NCBI RefSeq assembly: GCF_018977255.1
Contig: NW_024704742.1
Coordinates: forward strand, 806,001 to 870,000
DNA from: Callorhinchus milii
Lineage: Eukaryota
DNA: 64,000 bases
Reading direction: 5' to 3'
The notes beneath the pieces were generated by a model that worked only from the letters and a program-made list of their open reading frames with translations, did no database searches and was not told where the DNA came from. A program made the position numbers and the translations under genes. Shown here piece after piece: positions 50,383 to 64,000 of this stretch (the stretch's first letter is position 1; every line of letters begins with the position of its first letter).

Positions 50383-53300
50383 CACATGGGGTAGTGTGTA
50401 GGAGCGTTTGAAAGAGTGGTAGCACATCACTGAGTTGGCTGTGGGGTATAATAATAATAATTCTTACATTTGTCTTAGCCCCTTTCACATCAGGAGGATG
50501 TCTGAAAGCAGTTCACAGGATAAACTGGCAGTGGTGAGACTATGTCATTTTTGGGCGAATGAAAATGCCAATTTGCACACAGTGATGTCCAACAAACAGC
50601 CATGAAGTGAACGACCAGTTTTATTAGGGGGATTGTTAGCCAGGACACCAGGCGAAACCAGACAAAACTCCCACTGTTCCAGTGTTTGGGGGCATAGTGG
50701 GCGCAAGGCCGGCCACCGATGGTGGAGCAGAGGGCACGAGGGACAAGCAGGAGGCCGGAGCCTGTCGAGCGGTGGTGGATTGGGGAGAGAGTAAGCAGGT
50801 TGGAGAGGTAGAGAGGTACCAGAGCATCAAAGGATTTGAAAACGAAGGTGAGGATCTTGTAATCGAAAGGCATTTATTGTTCTTGTGCACTTGATGAGCG
50901 ATGTTTTCATTTATTTAAAGCTGATTTTTTTTTGATGATTGTTATAATCCTTGCATATTTTTGATAATAAGCGTAGAAAGTGCTGCGTCACCGCAGGTGA
51001 CCTGCTTGCCCTCCTGGAGCTGATTGGGTGCCACCTGTTACTAAGGTTATTGAGTGCCAAGTTTGCTGTCTGTCATGGAGCGTCTGTCAATATTTTGACT
51101 TAAATCTAAAAAAAAAGTCCTTTTTTTTACAAATTATGCTCCTATACAGGAAATACGCCATTTTTTTCCCCCCACTGCAGCTGCTTATAGAATTCCCGAG
51201 GGCAACCTTCTGCCATTCAAGACCTAAGTGCATCTTTTAGTATTTATAAGCAATATCCTTGATAAACTGATGTTATATTGCAATCGTACTATAGCTTGTA
51301 GAAATGCACAAATCCAGGAATTTGTTGCAGCATGCTTTGTTCGTACCTTTGGCACTCCCTGCCTCCATCTCTCTGTCTTGCCCCCACTTTGCCAGTCTTC
51401 AAATCGCATCTGAAGACTTTCCTCTTGTGGCTTTGGTCACCTCCCTTCTCTTTCCAGCTAAGAGGGAATCCACGCTGCCCTTACGCACGCCAAGACTGCT
51501 TTGCGCGGAGGGTGCAAGTTGTCGTGGTCAGTCGGTGGATGCTGCTGATCGACCTTGTTCAGCTGGCTGCTCGGCAAATTGTGGAGCGTTGGTTACAAAT
51601 ACACTGCTGGGATGTTATGTTTTAACATTCCCAGTTTGACCTGCTGTCCAGGTGAGCAATAAAGAAAAATCTCAAGGACAATCGTAAAGTGTCTTGAGCT
51701 AGTGTATAGCGAGACTCCCGGTAACTGGAAGCCCATCAATGCTGACCAATGGGAACTCTAGTCCAATGTGGTCTACCCTGGAGAGGAATTTAGTGGGAAT
51801 TCTCGCAGGTTGGAATCTGGTTAAGAAATACTGAAAATTAAACCCCGCTCCTTCTTTTTGGTCTCATCCTTTCAGAATACCCGAGACGTTATTCTATGTG
51901 AAAGGTTTTACTTAAGTGCAAGTTGCTGCTGCTGTTGTATCATTCTTCAGATAAGATGTTAAACCAAGGCCCTTGTCTGCCTATTCATGTGGTCGTTAAA
52001 GAACCAGTGGTACAATTCGAGAAGAGAATGGAGTTTCTCTCGCTGTCCCGACCAACAATCCTCCTTGATCATTCACCTCAAGGCTATTAGTGTGCCAACT
52101 GGCTGGTGTGTTTGCCTACAAAATACACAGTCACTACACTTGACGAGTGAATTGCTCGCGAAGCGCTGTGAGGTGTTTTGGTGTTACAGGTGCAATAGCA
52201 AATGCAATGATTATTATGACTTTCTACTTTATTTCGGGTAGTTTTCTCTTCAGGTTACTGTTTCACTTTTCTTATCCCTTACACTTCTTTCCTTGTTTCT
52301 CAGTCCCTTTCTCCCCTTTTTTTTAAATCCTTCTCTCCTTTGCCTTGTTCCGCTCTCCGTCTCACACAGCTACAGGCTGCAGGTCAGTTCACTATTGCAA
52401 CCTATTACGACATCTCAAGACCTCCTCCCACTTTACTACCTGCTAACACAGACAGATTGTGAACTTTACTCTTTAACAGTAAACTTGAGGACCCACCTAA
52501 ATCAACAGCAACATTTTATCATGCTTGACATATGGTTGTAAAATCCACTTAGGCATGCCCCCATCCCCCCCAGCACAATAAATAAATAATAATTTATGTG
52601 AAATATAATGAATTCTTTGAATCACTATGCTCCGGTGTGCTATATTGGACTGTGTCAACTTTCCGAGAGGTTTTTGAAGTGCATTTATTATAGTCCCTCT
52701 CGCTTCAAGTCACCTTCCCCACCCCGCCCGCCCGCCCGCCGCCCCCATTTCTGACGCCTTGTCAAGCCACACTGCTGTTAAGCACTCCTGAGTCGCGAGT
52801 CGCGTGAAGGGCGCTACATAAATGTAAGTTGTGGTTCTCTTTCCTTTCTCTGGTCTGTTCCAGGCCCTCTGCCAACGTGACTCTGGATAACTGGAAGAGA
52901 GAGCACTTTCCTGTCTGTGTTGAAGTGTCGGTGCCCAGCATGTGTCTCTCACAAGTGGAGACCAATAACTCTGTGAGCAATGATGGGCTGCATCCTATCA
53001 TTATGGCACAGTACAGCTTAACCGCACTTGCTGAGCTCCTATGATTTCCAACAGCAGTATTAGCCATGGGAACAGAACACGGGTCTAATTTGCAAGAGTT
53101 GCAAAAGGATTTGTAAAGAGTAGATCCCACAGATACTGTGATGTGTCTCAGGTTGACTTTCTGGAACCCTACCTGGTCTCTGGCATCAGTGTCGATTTCC
53201 CTATTTACTCCTGGATCTCCAATTTACGAATTCTTTGGGGAACAGCACAAACCAGACTCCAGCGTGTGGCCAAATGCTATTAAAGGGAATCAGACACAAG

Positions 53301-54049
53301 GCGCTGAAATCTTTCCACTCCAGACAGACTCAACTTATCTCTTGCGCCAAAATAATAAGCTCAAACAAAGCAGTTTAATGCTTCTCTGCCCTTAAAGAGC
53401 TAATTCGAATAATAACCGATAGGGTGCCCCAGATTCTGCAGGATAATGCCATGTTAATCAGGTTTAAGGAATTTACAGTCAGTATAATGGGCAATAAAAT
53501 GGACTGACAGGTATTGCATACGCCGGCCAATCTGCATACAAGCGAATCTAAATGCAGGAACATTTCAAGCCTTGAAATGCAAACTACGCAGACATCATAA
53601 AAAGTTCAATACGTTGCACGTAAAAATCATTATTCGTCTATTCGTGTTGGTTTCAGGGGGAGAGAGCTTGCCGAATGAATTTTACAACTGGCACAAAATA
53701 ATTACGGGAAAGGCAACCTTTTTTTTTAAACGCACAAATTCTTTTGCTGCACTTTTGTTTTGCCAATTTTCTTCCACTCTCCTTTCCTGAAGGCGCTGAC
53801 TCTTGCTGGGGTTCGATTCCACCGGCGCCAGCTGGCCTTGTGTGCTTTGCCCAAGGTAGCCGTTCTTCATGTGCGAGCCTAGACAGTCAATTGGCAAGCT
53901 GCTCAAGCATGGAGGGAGCATTAAAGAGGAGCCTGATGGTGTCCTTACCTGGCAGGAACACGCCACTTCCAACAGGAATCACTGGATAGCAATAAAGAAG
54001 CACTTCCATCTTAGCCTTTCTGCTCCCAACCTCTGGAACGACATCAAGT

Positions 54050-54318
54050 GAGAGACCTGGGTTCGATTCCCGACAGGACAGGGCGAAACCTTGGGCAAGT
54101 TTCCTTTCTCCACCCGCCTGATAATAATCCCTCAAGAAAAAAATAAATTGGTAATTTTAATCCACGACTGTTTGTGGGACACTGCTGTACGCAATTGGCT
54201 GCCGCATTTCGCCCACAAATATACAGTCAATTCACTTTACAGTATATTCTGTGAAGCGCTTTGAGACGTCTCGAAGACGTGGAAAGCGCTTTATCAAAGG
54301 CAAGGATTATTATTGTTA
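54050..54318 (+). mobile_element. SINE family A, internally deleted
   Basis: gagagacctgggttcgattccc..ttgggcaagtttcc, then the tail. Confidence 0.88.
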
Positions 54319-55774
54319 TATTCCAGAAACCCGTCTGCCTCACCCTCTCCCTTGCTTCCTTCAAGGCTCGACTCAAGGCTTTCCTCTTTGATCGTGCTTT
54401 CGGCCACGCTTTCCTGTTTCTATTTAGTTAGAGTTGGACTTGGGAGAAGAATAACTTATGATTTCCCATCTTTTCATGGTGAAGAACAGCCAACAAAAAC
54501 ACCCACAGCAACTTACACTGATATAGCTATCCTCACCAAGGGAGTGAGAAATACACCAGACAGAAGAGTAGAAGGTATAGGCTGGAATGTTGGACTGAAG
54601 AAGATTGCATTGGCAGAGTGGGCCATCCACTGTGGAGCAAATTGAGAACCAGGACACAGATCTTACCCTAATGTCCTGGGAGCCAATGGAACTCGATGAA
54701 GGTGGGAGCAATGGGTGTGCGGAGCCTTGTGTGGGTCAGAAATCGGGCTGTGCTTTTTTTAAAGAAAACGTCAGCACAGAACTGTCATGCTATCGAACAG
54801 TGCCAAGCGTGCGGGTAAGTTGGTGCTATAGATCGAGAAACACATTTCCAATTCCAGCTTTACTCAAAAGTGGCTCTCAAGCTACTTCCTCCCCCCCCCC
54901 CCACTCCACCACGAACCCCCCCGACACACCTTCCCTCCCTCCCGCAATCAGTTAATAAACCATAGTGAGCTGAAGCAGTGGTTTAATGGTAATATGGGGA
55001 TGCAGAGCAAACATAACTGGGATTGTGTGTGTGTGTGGGGTGGGGGGGGTGGTGGGGGGGGAAGAGGTGGGGGGACGGGGGGTGGGTGCTGACTGCTGCT
55101 TATATCTCTCTACCTCACGGTCCTTTGGATGAGATGTTAAACTGAGGTCTCATCTGCCTGTTTAGGCTGATGTTAAAAGATCCCATGGCACTAGTTGAAA
55201 AGAGAAGGCAGTTCTTCCCGGTGTCCTGACCAACAATTTCCCAAATGAAATTTGATCATTCACTTCATGGCTGTTTTGGGGACATTACTGTGCACATATT
55301 GGCTGCCGTGGTCACCCACAAATACAGTCACTCCACTTGACACTTGACAGTAAATCCTGTGAAGTGCTTTGGGAAAAGCGTGAAAAGCGCCATACCAAAG
55401 GATTATTATTATTATTGTTTTCAGGGCAGCACTGAGAGAGGCTGTGGAGAACCTCACAATAAACTCCCTCTGTGCCTCTGAGGCAGACACTGGCAGACTC
55501 GGACTGCAAAGGGGGAGAGAAAAGGGGTAGAAATCCATGAAGACAAAGGACGTCATTTGCACCAATTAACAAACTTATCTTTTTTGGGGGAAAGCTTTGC
55601 ACGACTAAAAGCTAAACCAGTACACTACGGTTTCACCTCCTCGCAGTCTCGTCTGCTCAGAAGCCTCAGCTCAAGCACACATTGTGCGGAATTTCCAGCC
55701 CCTTTCTTTTTCCAGCCAAGCTCCTTCTCTCCCCCCACTCCCCTTCCTCCCCCCCACCCGCCCCCACCCACTGA

Positions 55775-56055
55775 TTGAATAGATCTGTACAAATTTAGCG
55801 GTTTTCTAATTTCCTGTCTTGTTTCAAAGTGCTGCAATTTAAGGCCATCCACTTGCTGTTTGTACACAATGCAGAACAATAGCCGACTTTTTTAGGTTCC
55901 AGTTTAGAGCTCTTAAGAATGAGGAAGTGCAACATTTTATGAGTAATTACCAGTGGAAGTTATTTACCCTGTAGCTGCAGCCCAGTGCCGGTGAATGAAG
56001 GAGAAACACTTGTTAAAGAGCCAGCATCATTTCTGCGGCTCCTAAATATAGCCTG
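55775..56055. promoter_or_regulatory. Candidate enhancer (SOX, ETS, TCF, MEF2 motif cluster)
   Basis: AACAAT 55875-55880, GAGGAAGT 55921-55928, TTCAAAG, TTTTATGA, CTAAATATAG 56042-56051. Confidence 0.35.
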
Positions 56056-56164
56056 TGCTGTACAGTGTACAGTCCCCAGGACCGTCGCCAGCATTCTCCG
56101 TCCCCACATTCCTAAAAACCCATCCCTTTTTTCCCCCTTTTTGCATTGCAGAATCTAACTGTGC

Positions 56165-56524
56165 CGTGTCCCATAGCACAGCGGTTGACGTACTCGCATC
56201 ACACGCGAAAGGACCTGGGGTTCGATTCCGGGCCGAGTGTCCTCACTTACTCCGAATGCCTCTGTTCACCCGGCGGTAAGTAGAACCTTACTGGTTGTCA
56301 ATGGATTGGCAGATTGCTTTCCAGGGTAATAATCTCTCGGGGAGAAAAAACATTTGGTCGGTTCATCCACGACTGTTTGTGGGACATTGCTGGGCGCAAT
56401 TGGCTGCCCCATTTCGCCCACAAAGTATACAGTCAATCCACTTTACGATATGTTCTGTGAAGCACTTTGAGACGTTTCAAAGTTGTGATTAGGCGCTATA
56501 TCAAAATGCAAGGATTATTATTAT
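56165..56524 (+). mobile_element. SINE family A, full length, tRNA-Val-like head
   Basis: Head ctcgcatcacacgcgaaaggacctggggttcgattccggg, followed by the family body and tail. Confidence 0.87.
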
Positions 56525-59500
56525 GTTGGTCTCAACAGAGCACAACACGATATTCAGAAAGCGAATATTTGTGCAATTTAATAAACTGGTGGAACAAACT
56601 CGACGGGCTGAATGGTCTGTTCTTGTTTTCCAATGTCTAGCTGCTGTCAGGCAACAGATTGCACCATCAGGTCTTGTCTGTGATAAAATAGGTGACCCTT
56701 TTTGCCCCATGTTCCATGATATTGGAATATCTCAACGTGCTTCACAAGGAGTTGCTGTCAAGAGCAGTCACTGTGTAACTGAAGGCAAATGAACCAGCCA
56801 GATTGCACACAGCAAATACCCACCACTACCAGTTACGAGGTGAACGATCAATGGCCAATTTGTCTAGAGTTGACCAGGCCCGAACAGCCTCACATCAAAT
56901 AAATAGACTGCAAATTTACCACAGTACGTGTTTTAGTTTAAGTGCAGACTCACTCTATGTCTGTGTTATTATTGTTGTTCAAACTCATAATCCAATATAC
57001 AGTAGAGGAATATCTATCTCATCACAAGAGTCTAAGCAATTTTTTCAGACTCGATATATTAATCCTTACATTCGATATTGTGCCTTCAACACTGAAATGT
57101 CTCAAAGCGCTTCACAGAATTTACTGTAAAGTGGAGTGGCACAATTTCTGCGCGGCAATGTCCCACAAACAGTCATTGAAACGAATAAATCTAAAAAAAC
57201 ACTGGTGACCTAGACACCAGGAGAAACTAGCTTCTCTTTTGCTAAGGGATCTTTAACATCCGCCAGACAGGCACACGGGGTGGGGTCTTGGTTTAATGTG
57301 TCATCAATAGGACAGCACCTCAGACAATGCAATGCTCCCCTGGCCCTACGCTGGAGTGTCAGCCTAGATGTGGTGATTTATGGAATATTGGTTATTAACT
57401 AAGGGCATCTTCGCAAGGGTGAAATGAGGCTTCAAAAAGCACAGGGTGACCCTCACGTCTCTTCGAGAGTGGTTTCCCCTATAAGGGCAGACTATGTCAT
57501 TGATAAGGAGGCTCTCGTGAAGGGAACACTTTGCACAAACATAGCGGACACTGCAAAAAAATTAATATAAGAGCAATTACAATTGTAGGCACATCCCAGT
57601 GCTAAGGGGCAGGCATTCTCCTTCAGTTCCTATGTCACCTCAGCACGTCCTCTCTAAGTTTCCTGATTAATGGATGAATACTGGACTCCACAGAAAAGAA
57701 CCCTTTAAATGGGATTATTTAAAAAAAACACTGCATGGGTCTTACCTTTCAGAGTGCTTACCCCCAGAGGTACCTTTCACTTTAAAGCACCACAGCTTTC
57801 TAAAGCAACACTTTTTTTTCCAGGAAAAGTACTAATGGGTCACTCATGCGCGATAAACCGTGCTGTATGTCTGACTGTGTCTCTACAAAGACCTACAGAT
57901 AATTACATGTGTCCGGGCCAGGTGAGAACCTGACTCAAAGGCCGAATCTGACCCCAGTGACCCCAAACTCTTCAGGGCAGCGAGCACCTTTTGTACTTGA
58001 GGCACAATATGTTCTCTGCAATCCACCAGTAGGCTTTCTTCTGACAAGAGAGAGCAGGGAGGGATGGCTGCCTGATAGACACATTGACCCTCTAGGTTTG
58101 GAATGAATAGGGAAGGGGAGGGATTTCTTTTGTGGGTCATCTGCAGATAGATGGGTGGTGGTGGTGAGTCTTCCAGAAAGGGGGTAAACTCGCAATTGTT
58201 TTTCTTTGAATGATTTATTTGAATTTTATATTTACAATAGGAAACCTCACATTTGATCTGGAGCCTTTCATGTTAGGCGGACGTCTCAAGCGCTTTGTAC
58301 AATATACTTTCTAATAATACGTACGGCGCCTTTTACATCAGGACATGTCCCAAAGAATTTAACAGGAGGTACTGTAAATGCAGTGACTGTTTTGTGGGCG
58401 AATGAGGCAGCCAGTTTTATTTTCCTTGTGTTCTATCACTTTTCTGCCTCCCTTTGTCTCTCTCTGGGATTTCCAGGGCTGTTGTTGACTGGAAGGTTTG
58501 CGTCGCAAGGCCGGTTCATGATGTAAATTTCCATCCCATCGCCGCTCCTTCCCCACAAAAGAAGACCCACCCCTCATTTGCTCTCAGTATCTGCTGCTCT
58601 TCCCCCCCCCACCCTTCTCTCTCTCTCACACCACATCCCCCTCCCTTCTTGGAGAAGAATTTTTTCTCTCTAAAGTAACATTTGGCAGAGGTAACAGGAA
58701 TCAGCCTGGCACCTTCCTCCAGCCTGCCAAGAAGTGAAGGATAAAATGAATTCGACCTTTGTAGCTCTCTACTTCAGATATCAAAGGCAAAGAAAACATA
58801 GGGCCAAGGTGTGTCGACAAGTACAAAGGTGACTGTGAGCATTAATGAAAGTACCGTGCGCAGAATGAGACCAACACAGGACATATTTGAGTCGATGAAT
58901 AATAAACACAATAATCCTTGCATTTGCGTAGTGTCTTATCCCATTGTCAAGATTTCTCGAAGTGCTTGACAGGACATAATGTCAAGTGCCGTGACTTTAT
59001 TTCTCAGCAAACGAGGCAGACAATTTTCACACAGCAATGTTCCACATACAGACAGTCGTGAAGTGAGTGAAGGAGGTAATAAGTAACCTCGAACACAGTG
59101 TCCCAACCAACAGAACAGACCAGTAGAAGGAATTGTGTTGGTATTTCTTGGATGAACATTTGAGAGGTGTGATGTGATAACTATCCAGGCATTGCAAATC
59201 GTATTTTATGCCAGGCTCCAATTATTGACTTATCAACCCCCCGGCTCCCACCCCAAAAATTTTTAAGAGTTGGCCTTTCAGTGTCAACCTAACTCAACAA
59301 AATGTAAGTTAAACTCTGTTATCATACAAATTGGGTCTGGGGGGGGAACATGCACCCACAGAACATTTGGTGATTATAGACTAGACACAATTGCAATTTT
59401 CGGCAATGTGATGCTTATCACAGCTTGCAATTTTCACAGATTTGTGTCTTTCACACTAAACCAGAGCTTTGGAAATCAGAGGGATTCTGTTGCATGAGTT

Positions 59501-60084
59501 TTCCTGAACCAAGCTTTGAAGTCCAGCAAAGATCAGCAGAGATGACGAGTAAGATATCCCTGCTTATTCTAAAAGCATTGTATTTGCCCCCCATCCCTCA
59601 ATTAAACCCTATTTTCACGTTACATCTCTTTCCTTGGTACCGTTCCAAATAACCGGGGCGCTATTGGGAACTTGTATTAAAGGACAGAAAGAGGGAAGGA
59701 GGGACAGAGGAAAGAAAGGAACGAGAGAGAGAGAGAGAGAGAGGAAAGGAAGGAAGGAAGGAAGGGTGACATTTTATGGCATTTTATACGTCAAAACATC
59801 TCAGAGTAATTACAGAAATTGTTGTGAAGTGTAGTGACTGTTATTTTCTGAGTTGGAAATAATCACAGTAAGCTCCCACAAGTAGCCATATGGTGAATGA
59901 CCAACTCATCTGGCATATTGTTGCTCAGGACATTGGGAGAAATCCCTTCTCCTTTTCAATCGTATCATGGGATCTTTAACACCTGCCCACCCAAGGTCAG
60001 GCGGAAAGTCTTATTAATTCTACTGGTGTCATTTCCAATTAAGGCTCGGAGCGATCGAAGGGGTTGCCGCTGTATTCTGAGTTC

Positions 60085-60168
60085 TATGATCGCCTGGACT
60101 ATCAGCACTTTCCTTTCTTCATAGATGCTGCCTGACCTGCTGAGTTTTACCAGCTCTCTCTGTTTTGG
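60085..60168 (+). mobile_element. Possible Penelope-type repeat remnant
   Basis: agatgctgcctgacctgctgagttttaccagc, a motif I recall from cartilaginous-fish interspersed repeats. Confidence 0.4.
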
Positions 60169-62354
60169 TATCAGCAGGTGAGTTCACTCCCTAAAAACTG
60201 CTAACATTGCAAACTGTACTTCAAAAAACAGTGTGAGCTTTAAAATGGATGTATTTTTTGCTTTGTACTTCTAGTGCATCAGCCAGGCTTGGTTGGTAGA
60301 CCTCTCGTCTCTTAGTCACAATATTATGGCTTCAAGCCCCACCATATAGTCTAAGCTGACACTCCAATGCAACAAAAACAGCAAGATTACATTTGTATAT
60401 ATTATTTGTGTCTTTCACATCGGGAGGACGTCCCAAGGCGCTGGACAGTGTACAGCATTTCAATGCAGTGCCGGGGATGTGTGGCGTTGTTGGAGGTGCC
60501 GTCTTTTGGATGGACGTTAAACCGAGGTCCTCCTCTCCGCCTGTTCAGATGGCTGTTAAAGATCCCATGGCAGCTGACTGCTGTAAAGTGTAGTGACTGT
60601 GTTTTCGGTAGGTGAACATAGTTGCCAATTTGTCCATACGCAGTGAACCCACAAAACAGCAATGAAGTGAGTGATTTTAGTGGATATTGGTTGATTTATC
60701 TGGGGGATTGTCGTTCAGGGAAAAGTGAATTTCGATCGGAGGTAAAGCAGCCCTTGGAACTCAAGTCATGACCCCAGTTCCTGCCTCAACTCTGTCCCAC
60801 TGCATGGTCGACATCTGACTGAAATGGTTACTCGAGGCCATGCCTCACAAACAAACAAACTGTGGGTGCTGGCCAACGTTTCGAGGTTACATTAATTGAT
60901 CGCAGAGTACATTAGCAAATTATTAAGTTTATTTACCTGCCAGGGGAAGGAAGCATCGCTGGAGTAAACAGAGCACACAGAGTTCTCCCTCTTCCTCCCA
61001 CCCCCCCCCCCCCGTCCTCCCGCTCCCAAAGAAAACCTCAAGGTGAACTATTAAAAGCATTAGCTGAAACTCGGGCTCTCTGGCACACGCATTCTTTGTG
61101 TCTTGTTACTGTAGATTGGTCAGATATCAGCACCTTCCTAGGAATTTTCAAGTCGGAGCTGCGAGGAAAGATGTACCCCAGCCTCGCAGTTAGGTGTCTG
61201 GCATTCATCTCTGCTCTTTCCCCGACTGCCAAGGGTTTCAGTCAGACTGAGAGTCAGCGGTTCAGCTGCAGGGTGGCTCGCTCTCCCTCCCTTTTCTCTC
61301 TGAAAACAGGCTAAGCAGCTCGGGGCCAGATGGTTCCTGTCTGCTAGTTTCTTAAATGCACTTCCTCCCACAGACAAGAGCCAACCCCCCCTCCCCCGGG
61401 TTCTCTTTGGTCCTCGGCTGGAAATAATCTTTTATTGCCCAGTTGTTCGGAAGTGCCCTTGATTAGATACCACTAGGCCCTATCAGGGATTGCTCTTGTG
61501 CTAGCAGCTAGTTTTTTTCCACTTGGTAATCTAGCGAATGTTAAAGATCCTATGACACTGTTCGAAAAGAGAAGGGAGTTTCTCCCAGTTTCTCCTTGCC
61601 AGCAATCTCCTAATTTCCCTGTACGCAAATTGGCTGCCACCTTTGCCTACAAATACCCGATCACTCCACTTTATAGCGTATGCTGTGATGCTCTTTGAGA
61701 TGCCCTCCTTATGTGAAAAACGCTATGCCAAATATAATAATTATTTATTATTACTAGAGAAGGGAATCTCTCTTGGTGTGCTGGCCAACGATCCTCCAGC
61801 TAATTGGTCATTCACCTGCCTTTAGCAGAATATGTGTGCAAATTGTCTGCCACGGTTACCTACAAATCTACAGTCACAACTAACAGTAACTACTGTGAAG
61901 CACTTTAAGATGTTTTGACTTGATAAGTCGCTCCATCCAATGCCAGGTTTATTATTCTAGTTTCCTTACTTTCCCTCTCTAATCTTTTTCACACCCCTTT
62001 GTTCGCCATTCTATATTCCTCAACCAGCAAAAGACGATGGAACAGAGATGGTGATATTGCACATGTTCCTTTGTTATAGCACACGAAGGTGTTATGAAAC
62101 TCTGCAAACTTTACCCCAGTGTACCTCGCCTTGACCTACGACTACAGGAGATTTCTTGCTACAGCGATTTCCGGGCTTGTTTCTCTCCCACAGATATCGG
62201 GGTGGCAAAACTCACCCTGTAAGGCTTCTTTGTGTGCAGATGAGCGCTATGCAAATGCATAAATATAAATGCAAGATGAGGCCAGAATACTGCAACTACA
62301 GGAACGCACTTGATAATTGGTTCAAGTAATGTGTAGGGTTGAGGTGGATTCTAT

Positions 62355-62722
62355 AATAAGAAGAATAAGAATTCTTACATTTAGTATTGTACCTTTCACG
62401 TTGGGAGGGCTTCCCAAAGCGCTTCACAGGATATCCTGAAAAGTGCAGTGACTTTGTTTGGGGGGTGAAAGTGGCGCCAATTCTGCATACAGGAATGTTC
62501 CAAACATTTATGAAGTGAATGAACAATTTTTAAAATGTAATATTAATGATAAAAATAAGACGTTTATAAGATAAAAATTAAAAATAATTTTTTGTTTTGA
62601 AGGGATTATTACCCCCACAAAAGCAATCTGGCAATCGACTAACAACCAGATTCCTACTTACTGCTAGGTAAACAGAGGTGTGTGGGGGAAGGAAACTTGC
62701 CCAACCTTTTAGCCTGCCCTGG
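62355..62722 (-). mobile_element. SINE family A, 5'-truncated
   Basis: Body gggattattacccc..aatcgactaacaacc..ggaaacttgcccaac plus tail. Confidence 0.83.
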
Positions 62723-62724
62723 AA

Positions 62725-62990
62725 GATTCTTGGTCAGGACACTGGGAGAAACTTCCTTCTCTTTTTCGATTGTGCTGCAGAATCTTTAACATCCACCTGA
62801 ACGATCAGACCAGGCCTCAGTTTAACATCTCAACTGAAAGACGGCATCTCCAACAACACAGTTGAATCCCAGCATTGCATTGGAGTGTCAGCTTAGACTA
62901 TATGAGTTCCAAGTCCCGAGGTAGGGATTTGAACCCACAATCTTACGACCCAGAGGAGGGAATGCTACCAACTAAGCCAGGCTGACGCAC
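62725..62990 (-). mobile_element. DeuSINE-type SINE, 5' half
   Basis: Reverse of head (tttgaacccacaatctt..aactaagcc) and Deu core. Confidence 0.8.
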
Positions 62991-64000
62991 ATTCTGGTAC
63001 CTTATCAAAGACGCTTGCTAGGTTCTTTCTTGCCTTCCTTAAGCAGACACTTTTCTTTCTCTAGCACTTCGGTTTTCATCTGCCATCACGCACAGCACTC
63101 TTTAGAGCAACAAATACACCCTGGAGCAAGACGTTGTCTCCCTATTGTGTTTGGCAGCCTTTTTTTGTAGGACGGGATTTGGCCCTTCGCAGACCTGTCA
63201 GTAAATAAGGTTACAGTTTTATCAAACAGCCTTTGGGTTGGAAGGATACAATATGGTTTTATGCTCTGTTAAAAGAATGCCCCCCATGTAGGGGTGGGAG
63301 TGGGGTGGGGAGTGGTGAAGGGGGGGTGGGGGGGGGGGGTGGTGGGGGGATGAGAAGAGAATGTTTTGGTGCAGGAGCGTTCATTAAACAAATTTGGAAA
63401 TGGCTGTTAACACGAGTTGAAAAGTTTAGAACACTGTAGGTGCTGTTGTGTACATTTTCTCATTTGCATCTGAATGAAAGCTGTTAGTTGACTTGGTGCC
63501 CGGTGCTGCTATGGCTGGATCAGAATACGCCTTTGTTGGTTTTAGCTTTGGTCGATTCCACTATTTTCAGCGGGGAGAGGGGGTGGGGAAGGTGAATTTA
63601 GTTTGTCTAGTCAGGCAGAACACTCAACAGGAAGGAAGGAATAAGTGGCTCTCTTTAGTGCCATTGTCTGGTAACACAGTTTAAGCAGTCAAATAACCGT
63701 TCAGTCTATAGGGTATGTTCCCAGAACGTGAAGAGGGATAGAGAGAGGGAATGAAGGTGGAGTCAGACTCCACACTGAGCCTTCCATGAAAAAAGGCAAA
63801 TTCCACTCTTTCTTTACTTTCGGTACTTAACCCTTTCAATCCTCTTTTGATTTACAGGTCAGGTTTTGTTGGTCAGCCACTCAGTGATTTTTGGCTCAGA
63901 AAATAACCACCAGAACCAAGAAGGTTAAGAGGTTGTCTGTGTCCTCAGGAATTCCTGGCTTGCAAGCATGAGGTCCTCTTGCATCCAAATGCTGACACAA

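Noticed and set aside
56160..56240. tRNA-Val-like gene
   Set aside because: Poor acceptor stem, and it runs directly into a SINE body and tail; it is a SINE head.
1..64000. CRISPR-like array or novel multigene system
   Set aside because: Recurrent motifs are irregularly spaced SINE/LINE ends on both strands. There is no repeat-spacer periodicity and no additional long non-repeat ORF.

Overview
Vertebrate genomic DNA from a cartilaginous fish. The SINE/CR1/L2 repertoire suggests a chimaera such as Callorhinchus (inference). The window covers the SPATA5(AFG2A)-SPRY1 locus: the 3' part of a SPATA5 intron and its terminal coding exon (22991-23167, +), and an intact single-exon SPRY1 CDS (41457-42455, -). 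The rest is dense retroposon debris, simple repeats and candidate enhancers. I see no prokaryote-type or novel multigene system. The most unusual signal is structural. The SPRY1 CDS and proximal 3'UTR lie on the minus strand, but what I recognise as the conserved distal SPRY1 3'UTR and poly(A) region lies on the PLUS strand at ~46030-46795, upstream of the start codon. This implies a ~5.5-6 kb inversion (~40.2-40.55 kb to ~46.03-46.14 kb) that splits SPRY1. It sits next to a 25-N gap flanked by a 3.2-kb near-identical duplication, so mis-assembly is as plausible as a real or heterozygous inversion. Comparisons with human sequence are from memory and need alignment. Repeat boundaries are approximate.
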